From: Thermodesulfobacteriota bacterium
GTDB lineage: Bacteria; Desulfobacterota_D; UBA1144; Nemesobacterales; JAZGCJ01
Length of the DNA stretch: 64,000 nt
NCBI GenBank assembly: GCA_036476895.1
Contig: JAZGCJ010000341.1
Location: forward strand, 18,114 to 82,113
Direction of reading: 5' to 3'
Positions 19,817 to 29,329 of this stretch are shown piece after piece. Numbering within the stretch: the stretch's first letter is position 1; every line of letters begins with the position of its first letter. Made by a program: the position numbers and the translations under genes. The notes beneath the pieces are model-generated. The model had not been told where the DNA came from, ran no database searches, and worked only from the letters and a program-made list of their open reading frames with translations.

Positions 19817-20278
19817 TCAAACTTCAATTGGCTTGCTGTACGATACAAGCCGGAAATCCTTATTAAAAACGATTTTATTGATATGATTATGGCTGTCGTC
19901 ACTACCCTCAAGCTCGAGTAAAAGTTGCCACTCTAATGATGTGTGTGGGCGGTTTCTACTTTTGTCTGTGATTCTTAACATTTCCTTTCGGGCTTGTATT
20001 CCTCGGGCTCGAGTTCGGGAAATAACTTGTGTTGTTATGATTATCCCTCTATCCCGATTTGTATCTTTCAATTCTGTTCTTTCAAAATCTTGAGTCTGTT
20101 CTCGAATAAAAATAAAATTATCATCGGTTGTTAGAATTTTGGGAACCGCCATATCTTGATCTCCCGGTTTCCCAATAGTGGGTCTAGGTCTAAAATTGGT
20201 GAAAGTCCAATTATCTTTTAACAGGCTAATAAACATATCTATAGGTCGGTCACGAATAGTTAAAGCTGGATTGACCAT
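19817..20278 (-). CDS. putative head-tail connector component
   Basis: 153 aa. Positional. Confidence 0.3.
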   Translation of the reverse strand: MVNPALTIRDRPIDMFISLLKDNWTFTNFRPRPTIGKPGDQDMAVPKILTTDDNFIFIREQTQDFERTELKDTNRDRGIIITTQVISRTRARGIQARKEMLRITDKSRNRPHTSLEWQLLLELEGSDDSHNHINKIVFNKDFRLVSYSKPIEV

Positions 20279-20879
20279 AATAAAAAAGGAATAACTTATG
20301 TGGGTGAACTACCCCTTCCTTCGGGTAGGGGCTTCAATCTTTTTAAAGGTCTTTTTAACCAAACCAGATACCTCAACCGAAGTCAAGTACTGGAACGATA
20401 TCTTTTTCCCTGCGAGTCCGCCGAACTTCCGAAGAAGAAACTTTCATTTTACCTTTGGCTGTGTGTCGCAGAAAACCTCTCTTTCGAGAGATTCCCGGTT
20501 CATACGGGGTTCGTGCAATAGATTCTGATGAATCACAATAACACATGCAATAAAATTCCTGATTATGAAGAACGTATCTTCAATTTTTTTTTCATGGTGA
20601 GGAGCACATCCTCAAACATCATTGATTTTCATGTTGTTAAAAAAGTTTCCTCAGAAAAAGAAATGGATGAGATCACTCTCAAAAAGTCTTATCTCTTCTC
20701 CTGTGAACCAATATAATGGAGGTAGGTTGGTAAGCAACTGGTGAACCAACAGACAACTATGGTGAATACAAACACCGAATCTGAGAACAGACAATTGAAC
20801 AGCGGCTTACCTTTGCCTGTTAATTAAGTATTGTGCATATGGATTTAAATAGTGTTTGATTAAACTTAGTATCTTCTGT

Positions 20880-21578
20880 TTAACGTACTATGAGTTCTTT
20901 ATATCGGTTAATAATCTGTGCCACTCTTACACGGAAAGCCTCGGCTTTAACCTCTTGTTGTATGGCTTGGGGGTTGTCAGGAAACAGGTGAATATAATCT
21001 TCGCCTACCAAAAAATTAACGGCAGTTAATTTCTTTGCAGCCTCGTGGATATCCGATGGTACAGTTAATCTGCCATGTCGGTAAGTCACACGAATTGTAC
21101 CCCGTCCTCGTTGGGCTTCTCCTGTGTACAATTCAATTCTTCCTGCACGTAAATCTACCCAATAATCTCCATCCCTGGGTCCAACTCCTGGTGTACCAGT
21201 ATCAACCAAATCAATATAAGAGGCTCCATTCCAGACCTCTAGTTTGTCACCCGCAGCTTTACTTAAATCAAAAATATTTCTTTTCTCTAAATAGACAATG
21301 ACAGCCGAACTATGCCGAGGAATGCCATGTCGAGTGTAATGTCGTCTGTTATGTCGCAGATTACTATGTGTTTCTTCTGTGACAATAGTAGTACGCCAAG
21401 CCTGTCCGGTTTCCTCATCTATCCATCTTTCGGCTTCTAATATCCATCTTTCAACATCTTTACGACTAGGATGACTCTTAGCTGAGAATACAATCCGTTT
21501 ATCTTTTTCCACTAGTCGTAGAAGGGATGATACATCTCGGGGTAAACAATAGATTGGTGAACCTGTTTCAATTGCCAT
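20880..21578 (-). CDS. hypothetical virion protein
   Basis: 232 aa. Separated from the next gene downstream by a 600-nt ORF-free structured region. Confidence 0.35.
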   Translation of the reverse strand: MAIETGSPIYCLPRDVSSLLRLVEKDKRIVFSAKSHPSRKDVERWILEAERWIDEETGQAWRTTIVTEETHSNLRHNRRHYTRHGIPRHSSAVIVYLEKRNIFDLSKAAGDKLEVWNGASYIDLVDTGTPGVGPRDGDYWVDLRAGRIELYTGEAQRGRGTIRVTYRHGRLTVPSDIHEAAKKLTAVNFLVGEDYIHLFPDNPQAIQQEVKAEAFRVRVAQIINRYKELIVR

Positions 21579-21580
21579 AA

Positions 21581-22270
21581 TTAATCATCAAATGGGGAAT
21601 CGCTAGTAAATCCTGTATCAGACTCTTCGCTTTCTTCCGAGGTTGTGTTATCACTGACTTCTGTTAGTGATTCGTCAGAAGGTTCGGTATTCGGTTTCTC
21701 TTCAACAGGTATTTCGTCTTTGTATGGTTTATCTTCAAGGCGTTCCTCTGTTTCTTGTTTTATAATTTTCTTTTTCACAGGTTTAGGACTAGCAGGTTCC
21801 AAAGTTTTTTTTTCATCACTTGGTTTTTGGACAGAGACCGTTTCAGTTTTTGTATCATTTGCGACAGTTTGCTTTTGTATCTTCTGTTCGTTTTTTTCTT
21901 TTTCCTCGTCAGATTCTACGAAGTTTACAGATGATTCAACATCTGGTGAAACTGGAATAATTTCTTTTTCTTTTTTTTGTGGTTTATAAGTAGAACCTAA
22001 ATGTAAGTTGAAACCTGTTGGGTCATGTTTGGGGGGTTCTTTGCTCTTGCGTTCTACATAATCTTTAACAATATAGAAGGCATCACGAACTACATTTTCA
22101 ACTTGGAACCCCTCTCCATCTGAGGTGTCCTCATAAGAAAGAACAAAACCTCTTAGGGGATAGAATATCAAATTAAATGCTGTGATAACCGATTGGGCAT
22201 CATTGAATTGCCCTAATATTTTTAGGCCCTCAAGCCTCGCTTTGCGACTCTTGTTGTTCTCTTGCTGCAT
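21581..22270 (-). CDS. highly charged low-complexity protein (K/E/D/S/T-rich)
   Basis: 229 aa. C-terminal two thirds is disordered-looking acidic/lysine-rich sequence. Possibly a scaffold or internal protein. Confidence 0.35.
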   Translation of the reverse strand: MQQENNKSRKARLEGLKILGQFNDAQSVITAFNLIFYPLRGFVLSYEDTSDGEGFQVENVVRDAFYIVKDYVERKSKEPPKHDPTGFNLHLGSTYKPQKKEKEIIPVSPDVESSVNFVESDEEKEKNEQKIQKQTVANDTKTETVSVQKPSDEKKTLEPASPKPVKKKIIKQETEERLEDKPYKDEIPVEEKPNTEPSDESLTEVSDNTTSEESEESDTGFTSDSPFDD

Positions 22271-22826
22271 TATAGATTTCTGTCCTTATTTGTGTTAATA
22301 GTTCTACTAACTCATTAATGCTATCTACTTCGTTATGATGACGGGAAAAATCAGTTACCATCACATTAACGACATCGTTTAACTCTCTAATAGTTTGTAG
22401 CATGTCTTTATAATTAGTATTGTCTGCAATAAATCCTTGTATAAGAGGTCTCCCATTCTCATTAACAGGTCTAACATGAATGGTTACATCAATTCCTTTT
22501 CCGTCTTTTGTAAGCATCCCGATTTCATGGTATTCAACTTCATGTGTAGATCCTTCAAATCGTCTGAGAAGATTATCAATTACTCTCTCTTGGGAATCCA
22601 CATCAAAAAGTGTCTCAACCATTCTTCTAGGCCTATGTTCTATTGGAATTGCACTAATGAATTTGTTCCAGGATTCTACATCCCAACCTAACATAGCCTC
22701 AAACTGAGAATTTACTTTTTTAAGTAATCCAGTGGTGCCATCCATATAATAAATGCCGTAGGTAGTAATAGTTTCCAGAGAAGTTACTGTTCCAGTTAAT
22801 TTAGCCTCTAAGGATTGGCGTTCCAT
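22230..22826 (-). CDS. PAS-domain-like protein
   Basis: 198 aa. PAS-like core ...YYMDGTTGLLKKVNSQFEAMLGW...GMLTKDGKGIDVTIHVRPVNENGRPLIQGFIADNTNYKDM. An in-frame stop at 22983-22985 prevents upstream extension. Confidence 0.45.
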   Translation of the reverse strand: MERQSLEAKLTGTVTSLETITTYGIYYMDGTTGLLKKVNSQFEAMLGWDVESWNKFISAIPIEHRPRRMVETLFDVDSQERVIDNLLRRFEGSTHEVEYHEIGMLTKDGKGIDVTIHVRPVNENGRPLIQGFIADNTNYKDMLQTIRELNDVVNVMVTDFSRHHNEVDSINELVELLTQIRTEIYNAAREQQESQSEA

Positions 22827-23183
22827 AATCTCTTCTTTGTGGGAATTGATTAAAGAAGCGACATCGTTTTGAATATTAGTATATCTGTTGCCTAGCTCAA
22901 CATTCCTTTTATTGGCATAGTGCCATACTAAATAAATAAAAAAGCCATTCCCAATTATTATAGGAATTAAAAAGAATGTAACTAATTGTGATTCTGGGAT
23001 AATGCCAGAAGTCGATAGAGAAACAGAGATTAAGATAATAACAATAACGATTTGTTTTCCTGACTCTTTTAAAAATAAACTGAATTGTTGTTTGAATTTA
23101 ATTTGAGCATCTTCAACGAATTCATCTACCTTACTTTCTACATTGTCAGGTACTAAATCGGGGCTCAGTCATACCACCAAGCC

Positions 23184-23588
23184 TCAGTTACTTAAATGAA
23201 AGGCTGTTTCAAATGCGTCCACACCAGGATCTTGGGCAGTTGCGTATGACCATTTAACAGAGTAGTTGTCTCCTGCTAAATTGACTTGTTCATCCGCAGT
23301 CAAAACAATATTACCAATATCTGATCCTGCAGTTTGGGTATCGACAATACCGGATTTTAAAAATGCAACGCCACCACCACAATTATCATCTAAAATTCTA
23401 ATAGTATATGTAGTGTCAGTTGTCAAGTTTGGAGACTTACAAATGAGATTCTTGAGTCTGCCATTAAAGGTCAGGCCTGATTGTGTTTTAGAGGATGCAG
23501 AACCAGCCGCACCACTGGTTGCCGTTACCTTCTCTGTATTAAACAGAGGGGTTTCCCGATTTTTGTAAGTTTTGAAAGTTACAACCAC
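23184..23588 (-). CDS. hypothetical virion protein (possible Ig-like/decoration)
   Basis: 134 aa, β-rich, Thr/Gly-rich. Confidence 0.3.
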   Translation of the reverse strand: MVVTFKTYKNRETPLFNTEKVTATSGAAGSASSKTQSGLTFNGRLKNLICKSPNLTTDTTYTIRILDDNCGGGVAFLKSGIVDTQTAGSDIGNIVLTADEQVNLAGDNYSVKWSYATAQDPGVDAFETAFHLSN

Positions 23589-23605
23589 TGAATAGCCTCA
23601 ATGAC

Positions 23606-23887
23606 TTATCTATACCCTTTAGCCGACCACTTGCCTCCTGTCGGGCCTGCTGTCGCACTAGCGTTCAGAGTTAATGTACCACCAGAATCAGAGGCATCTA
23701 TTGGCTTATCCACGACATTGCCAATGGCATTGTAGGATACTAACTTACTTAAACCAGTAGCGATTGCACCGCCACCATCAGTTGCTGCTTGAGTGAATCC
23801 ACCACCAACCTCAACCAGTTCACCCTCACGGGATTCCGATAGAGGAAGGAAAGGCATTTCATAATCTATTGTAAATTCAAACGTCAT
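23606..23887 (-). CDS. hypothetical small virion protein
   Basis: 93 aa, Gly/Ala/Thr-rich. Confidence 0.3.
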   Translation of the reverse strand: MTFEFTIDYEMPFLPLSESREGELVEVGGGFTQAATDGGGAIATGLSKLVSYNAIGNVVDKPIDASDSGGTLTLNASATAGPTGGKWSAKGYR

Positions 23888-23897
23888 GTATAATCAC

Positions 23898-24374
23898 CTA
23901 ATTAGTTGTTATCTTTTTTGTTGCTTTTTTAATTGCTTTTTTTGCTTTGGGATAATAAATTTCTACGTAATTTTTTTCAATCGGGTCATAAGTACCTTTG
24001 ATCTCAGAAAAAGGTCTAAATTTGATTCGGCCCCCGTTTTCTTCAATAACACGAACATGTTCTACTGCACCTTCCTCTTGAACTCTTTTCATAGCTTTTT
24101 TAAGTGATCTATGAAGTGAGTTATACCCCTTTTCACTATATCGTTGTTTGTATATAACAAGGTCAAAATTGGATTGAGGAGCTTCCTTAATAAAATATTC
24201 AAGATCACGGAGATTAATAAGCATTGTCACTTGATCGGGCAAAAGTGGGTAGTTGTTTTTATTTGGCTCAGAACGTCTTGTATGGGGATCTTCACCATGA
24301 TATAGTATTCCAGGGAATAAGAATGCCTTTATTCGTTTTTCTTGTTTTGGAAAATCATCATCTACATAAGCCAT
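23898..24374 (-). CDS. hypothetical protein
   Basis: 158-aa basic protein downstream of the capsid gene. Confidence 0.35.
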   Translation of the reverse strand: MAYVDDDFPKQEKRIKAFLFPGILYHGEDPHTRRSEPNKNNYPLLPDQVTMLINLRDLEYFIKEAPQSNFDLVIYKQRYSEKGYNSLHRSLKKAMKRVQEEGAVEHVRVIEENGGRIKFRPFSEIKGTYDPIEKNYVEIYYPKAKKAIKKATKKITTN

Positions 24375-24813
24375 TGAATTTAGAACCTTTTTTTATACTA
24401 AGAAATGTTAATGTAAATAATTCGGTGGGGATATATAATGTAGGGAAGTCTCAACTCCTTACCTCTCAAATCCCAAGAGAGTGAATCCTCTACGCCAATG
24501 TTAGCCAAGGTTTTGATACCAGCAGCACGGTCCTTACCCTTAGAACTGTTTAACCACTGATCGCAGAGTCCCGGACTTGAGGAGCATCCTGGAGTGCCTA
24601 TATATTCTTGGTAACGAAGTCCCATCAAGTATTTGTATAGAACAAATACATGGTGACTGAGGCTAATCAATCGGGCTCGGTTTTCTAAAAACATAGTTTT
24701 TTATTCCAAGCCCCTGAGTTTTTAGCTCAAGGGTTATTGACTAAAGATTTTGGTTTGCCGAATTATTTCGCTCACTACATAGATTTTTTTCAAGAATTTA
24801 AGTAATTTTTGTT

Positions 24814-26106
24814 TTATTTCAGGTCACGGAGTTTAGCTTGTGAGGGGAATTGTTTGCATATTAATTCCAACATAGTCACAAACATACCTTCGTCTGCGAA
24901 AGTATCCAATGCAAATATGTTTCCATCCGTTGTTAAGCCTGTTTGATAGAATTGCGTAGGCATTAAAACTTTAATAGCCATGTAATTGAAATTCACTAAG
25001 TAGATTCGGCTGATTGTATCTTTTGGTGTATCGTCAGATACAATAATGGGAACACCATCCCAAGTTGCAACATTCAATGCACCTTCCACACCGGGGTTTG
25101 GAGTTTGGATACCACCAAAACCTGGTTGAATGGTTTTAGTATTATCAAAGACCATTTGAGGGGCTCGGAGTTCACCCATTCTTCGATAGGTATCCCATCC
25201 TGTTATTATAGCCCTTGGATGGTTCTTTTTAGTCCATCTACCAGTTTCGGTGAATAGATCATTGATCAGCTTAGGAGTAAGTTCACGGTCTGTACCAGAG
25301 TTGTGATTTACGTGGGCGTTTGACCAGGCATTATTGGCATCACGATCTACTGTTCCGCCAGAACCACCCCAGAGATCTCCATCTCCGGCATCTATACTAA
25401 TCGTAGCATCTGTAACTTCTGAGAAGTTAGTAATCATCCGATCTATTGATTCCATGTTGTTGCCTGCAAGTGTATCTACATCAGTAAAGAAGTGCTCGTT
25501 GAGCAGTTTTTGATGTTCCTCACCAGCTTCCGTTCTCAATTCCTCTAAAGGATTTGTGAACATGTCATCCATACCATTCAAGCCTAATTGCTGTTCTAAT
25601 GCACTTACATTAAAACCATTAGCTACAATTTTTGGTTTTGCAGAGATATCAATCCATTGTTGTTTGACAGTATCAGGCAATGCCGTAGGCAGTTCAGCCT
25701 GTCCTCCAGTATTGGCCGTTGTGGCTCTGGTTGTCATAATTTTGAAACCAGAATGACCCCATGGCATCTTTGGTGTCATACCAAATCCATTTGCTTCTAA
25801 ATTTACAGCTGACCAGACTTCAGCTCCAAAAATAGGATTGAAAGCAGCGGTTGTGGTAGTTAGTAAGGGGGCATCAGCTTTTGCTAAGCCATACAATTGT
25901 GGATAAGATATTCGCATTAAGTCCTCAATTGTTACAATCTTTGCAGATTTTTTGAATGCATGAAGAGCCAGAGCTTCTAAGGTTTCCATTGCATCTCTGC
26001 TCATTTTTTTCCCACCCATTGTTTCTAAGGTAACGGGCAACCCTGATTTTTCAAAGGTAAAGTTAGAAATATGACTATCGTAGGGGCGATCAATGGCTGA
26101 CATCAT
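24814..26106 (-). CDS. major capsid protein (HK97-fold inferred)
   Basis: 430-aa ORF immediately downstream of, and overlapping, the prohead protease/scaffold gene. Size and gene order are typical of HK97-like MCPs. No sequence motif was verified. Confidence 0.55.
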   Translation of the reverse strand: MMSAIDRPYDSHISNFTFEKSGLPVTLETMGGKKMSRDAMETLEALALHAFKKSAKIVTIEDLMRISYPQLYGLAKADAPLLTTTTAAFNPIFGAEVWSAVNLEANGFGMTPKMPWGHSGFKIMTTRATTANTGGQAELPTALPDTVKQQWIDISAKPKIVANGFNVSALEQQLGLNGMDDMFTNPLEELRTEAGEEHQKLLNEHFFTDVDTLAGNNMESIDRMITNFSEVTDATISIDAGDGDLWGGSGGTVDRDANNAWSNAHVNHNSGTDRELTPKLINDLFTETGRWTKKNHPRAIITGWDTYRRMGELRAPQMVFDNTKTIQPGFGGIQTPNPGVEGALNVATWDGVPIIVSDDTPKDTISRIYLVNFNYMAIKVLMPTQFYQTGLTTDGNIFALDTFADEGMFVTMLELICKQFPSQAKLRDLK

Positions 26107-27380
26107 TTTGCCTCCGCTTTGATTTTTCTGATTTTAGTATTGACATAACTGTAAATATTTCCAGTAGTTGTATGTTTGATAATTTCATCCATTGTGAAAG
26201 GATAGTCAGGTTCGACTTTTTGAATTTCCGGGGACTCTTGTGGTTTGTCCATTGGTAGTACAGAGGGCTTTGGAGTGATGGCTATTTCTTTAGTAACGAC
26301 TGGTTTTTCATCCTCTGGTTTTTCATCGGGTTTGAGATCTTGTTTTTTCTTAGTTCCTTTCGCACCTGTGTAAGGATCGTCTGGTTTGGTAGCATCACCG
26401 CCTCGTCTTTTCTTTTTATCCCTACGTTTCTCTTCATCCTCTTCTTCATCATCATCTTCGTGTTCTGCTTTGGTTGTAGAGTCTTTGAGGGCAGTAAAAA
26501 CCGCAAATTCCTGTTTGATAGCCTCAGAAATAGTTTCTGCCGTTATTGTAGGCATAGAGGATTCAAGTTTGATAACCTTCTCATTAAGCAGTTGAAATGA
26601 ATCATTTAGCTTATTAAAGGCATCAAACATCTTAGCCGTCATAGGAACTTCGACATAAGGCTGTATGTGCTCTTTAGATATTCCATCACTATGATCCTCG
26701 CCACAGGTGCAGAAATCTGCTTTCTCGAGATTTGTATTTGGTTCTTGCACAACCTCAGAAGTGGCAGGAGGAGTTTGGTGAATATAAATATCTAGTTTGG
26801 CTCGGTCACTCTCAGTTTTTTCTGTAATGACTTGTTCTGTTTCATCTGTCATAGTTTCACCTGTAGTTTCTTCACATGATTTACAAATAAAATTTTGTTT
26901 GGCAATAATTAACGAATCGTTATTGGCAGGTCTTCGTACTACTGCCACTTCAAATAATTCAAGGCTTGGAATTACATTGTGGCAGTTTCTACCGCCAATG
27001 TCACATTTCCTAAAACGAGAAAATGTTTCTCCACCGATAGAGACTCCTTTGTATTCTCCACTCTTTATTTTATCCCAAACATTGTCATGTATCTTATACT
27101 TATCAAAAATCATAGATTTTAACCATGTGGCTTTGACACCATCAACAGTTCTTACCCCGAACTCTAATCCCTTACCTACAATCTTATTGCTATGACTGTC
27201 TGTAATGGGGGCTCCGAGTTCAAACCAAATGGCCATTGCTTTATTGAGTCCATCTATTAGGACAAGATCTCCTTGAGAATCTATTTTCTCTAGAGATACT
27301 AATGACTCAAAAATTCGCTGATGACCAGTTGTGTTGTCAAAGATTTCGCTAATGGTCTGTTTTTGAATTGTTAGATACAT
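26103..27380 (-). CDS. prohead protease (HK97 S78-like) fused to an acidic coiled-coil scaffold-like C-terminus
   Basis: N-terminal domain ends with ELFEVAVVRRPANNDS, matching the E-V-S-L-V-x-x-P-A-N end of HK97-family proteases. C-terminus has EHEDDDEEEDEEKRRDKKKRR and heptad-like sequence. Confidence 0.5.
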   Translation of the reverse strand: MYLTIQKQTISEIFDNTTGHQRIFESLVSLEKIDSQGDLVLIDGLNKAMAIWFELGAPITDSHSNKIVGKGLEFGVRTVDGVKATWLKSMIFDKYKIHDNVWDKIKSGEYKGVSIGGETFSRFRKCDIGGRNCHNVIPSLELFEVAVVRRPANNDSLIIAKQNFICKSCEETTGETMTDETEQVITEKTESDRAKLDIYIHQTPPATSEVVQEPNTNLEKADFCTCGEDHSDGISKEHIQPYVEVPMTAKMFDAFNKLNDSFQLLNEKVIKLESSMPTITAETISEAIKQEFAVFTALKDSTTKAEHEDDDEEEDEEKRRDKKKRRGGDATKPDDPYTGAKGTKKKQDLKPDEKPEDEKPVVTKEIAITPKPSVLPMDKPQESPEIQKVEPDYPFTMDEIIKHTTTGNIYSYVNTKIRKIKAEAK

Positions 27381-27484
27381 GACACATCAAAAGGTATGAT
27401 TAACCGATGTATCATCAATGCATCTTTTAAACATCTAGCAAATGTGCCAAAACAAACCAAACCTTAACGATATGGTATCTTCTG

Positions 27485-29062
27485 TCACTTAATATTGTTC
27501 TTTACAATGCGGTCAATTTCGGCCACTGTAAGCGAATCAATGGCCCGTCTAAAAAAAGGTCGTGGTAATGTTCCGTTTTTTGCAATGGAAAAACGGATTG
27601 CGTTGGCAATCTTTAGAGCTTCTGCATCTCTTGTTTTTCTTTTCCTACCAGTTCCTGTAGATACTTGAACTCGAATCTTTCGCTTAACCCATGCCAGGAT
27701 TGGGTCTAATGGAGGCATGTGAGGTCGTGTGTTCCCACAAAAGGTTGGCTTCCCATTTCGTCTTACATAAAAGTTTCCATTTGAAACAGATAAACAGTAA
27801 ACCTTTCCTGAGTATGGGTAAAGTGAAACAGTTCTTGCATCCACCCACAAACTATTTGATTTCTTAATATATACAGTATAAGAAGGAAAATTACGTTTAT
27901 ACATTTTATTGTTAATACTGAATTCTCCTCTCAAGTCCCTAACTCCTATATAACTCCAAAAACCACACTTTAAGGCCAGTTCTTGAACATCACTGGCTAG
28001 ACCAATACTACTTGTATGGTACCTAGGATAAGAGCCAGAACTTGTTACAGCAGTACTTCCATCACCCACTAATAGTGCTTCAAGTAAACCCTCGGAAAAA
28101 GTTTTATTGTATTGGAGAAATTCCCGAGGAATTCGCTTAAAAGGAGCAAGTTTGTTTAATCCCTTTTTAGCTAACCAACTAACTAATTGAACATTTGAAA
28201 TTCTGAATTTTTTCCCATCGTAAATATATTTAAAAGGTAGTTTATCTAACACATTTTGGATATACAAGCAACCGTCTTGTTTTGTTTGTGATATATTTAA
28301 TCTATAATTTTTGTTAGGATATCGCTTGTCATTTTCAATATTACCTTCACTAATGATCAGTCCCAAAAAGTTTGCAAAGTTCAACGGATTAATTTTGAGT
28401 GTTGGTTTTTCTAAATCTATATACTCTTTCTGTTTCCCTAAGAAATGTTGTTCCATATATTTGTTAATTTCCACATCGATTAGAGAATTGCCTTTCCAGC
28501 TTCCAACAGTGGGTATGTATCCTCTGTATCCTTTTAAGATTGATTTTGCAGGTCTGAAATGTAGATTCTTTTTGTTCCTGTTATACATTAACATACGATG
28601 ATCTGGTGTGACCAACAGATCCAAATACCTATTTTTAAAATGTAATAAATCTCCTGACCAATCTCTCTCTGTTATTTTTTTAGGGTAGCTATATTCTATT
28701 TTACCACTCCTCACATTTAAAGTGCAGACAATATCATTAATTGTACATTTTGTAATTGATTTCCATCCATGTGTTGTTAGAACCTCTGTATCAGCAGAAT
28801 AACATCCAAACTCGATGAACGGGGCATGAAAAGCATCGAAGATAACTTTTTTCTTTAATCTTTTTCGTTCAACTCTTCCAGAACGAGCTAGTGTTCCTCT
28901 ATCAAAAGCACCTTCGCCTATTGCAGGTGAGAAATTAGCGGACCGTAAGTTTTCATCTGCTTCGCTTAGGACAAAATCAGCCATGTCATCTAAGGCTCGG
29001 TCAAGTTGATCTAAGAAATCATCGTAGATTTTTTCAACTGTATCCCCCAAAAGTTTGACCAT
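27485..29062 (-). CDS. HK97 gp10-family virion protein interrupted by an intein with LAGLIDADG homing endonuclease
   Basis: N-extein ends FHAPFIEFG. Intein starts CYSADTEVLTTHGW (block A), has block B LLVTPDHRML and LAGLIDADG-like FLGLIISEGNI and LLEALLVGDGST, and ends VYCLSVSNGNFYVRRNGKPTFCGN. The +1 residue is T, followed by RPHMPPLDPILAW (gp10-family ...YVEFGT..MPA.P.L pattern). Confidence 0.65.
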   Translation of the reverse strand: MVKLLGDTVEKIYDDFLDQLDRALDDMADFVLSEADENLRSANFSPAIGEGAFDRGTLARSGRVERKRLKKKVIFDAFHAPFIEFGCYSADTEVLTTHGWKSITKCTINDIVCTLNVRSGKIEYSYPKKITERDWSGDLLHFKNRYLDLLVTPDHRMLMYNRNKKNLHFRPAKSILKGYRGYIPTVGSWKGNSLIDVEINKYMEQHFLGKQKEYIDLEKPTLKINPLNFANFLGLIISEGNIENDKRYPNKNYRLNISQTKQDGCLYIQNVLDKLPFKYIYDGKKFRISNVQLVSWLAKKGLNKLAPFKRIPREFLQYNKTFSEGLLEALLVGDGSTAVTSSGSYPRYHTSSIGLASDVQELALKCGFWSYIGVRDLRGEFSINNKMYKRNFPSYTVYIKKSNSLWVDARTVSLYPYSGKVYCLSVSNGNFYVRRNGKPTFCGNTRPHMPPLDPILAWVKRKIRVQVSTGTGRKRKTRDAEALKIANAIRFSIAKNGTLPRPFFRRAIDSLTVAEIDRIVKNNIK

Positions 29063-29329
29063 TTATTTACCCTTCAATTTACGTATGACTCGATCTATCT
29101 CTTTGGATCCATCGTTAAGTCCTACAAATGATTTGTCCAGGCTAGTATAAACAGTATGAGGCAATTTTCTTGTGTGGTAGCCCATACTAATGGCTATGTT
29201 TTTGGCTGCTTTGAGCTTAAGTTTAGATACCTCAGCTAGTTCTAAGCTTTCTTTTAAAACAGTCTTTAATTGTGCTAAATTGCCATCTTTTACAGGCAAT
29301 CCACAATGGTCACAACTCTGGGATTTCAA
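29063..29329 (-). CDS. hypothetical small protein
   Basis: 88-aa ORF with a CDHCGLP Cys pair. Confidence 0.3.
   Translation of the reverse strand: MKSQSCDHCGLPVKDGNLAQLKTVLKESLELAEVSKLKLKAAKNIAISMGYHTRKLPHTVYTSLDKSFVGLNDGSKEIDRVIRKLKGK

Noticed and set aside
20298-20716. + strand ORFs 20298..20528, 20300..20521, 20528..20716 inside the structured non-coding region
   Set aside because: These are overlapping alternative frames in a hairpin-dense GC-rich region on the strand opposite to the operon. They are more likely non-coding.
22827-23183. Transmembrane N-terminal extension of the PAS-domain ORF
   Set aside because: The in-frame codon at 22983-22985 is TAG on the minus strand, and no start codon lies between it and the annotated ATG. 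The hydrophobic stretch is not translated in this frame.
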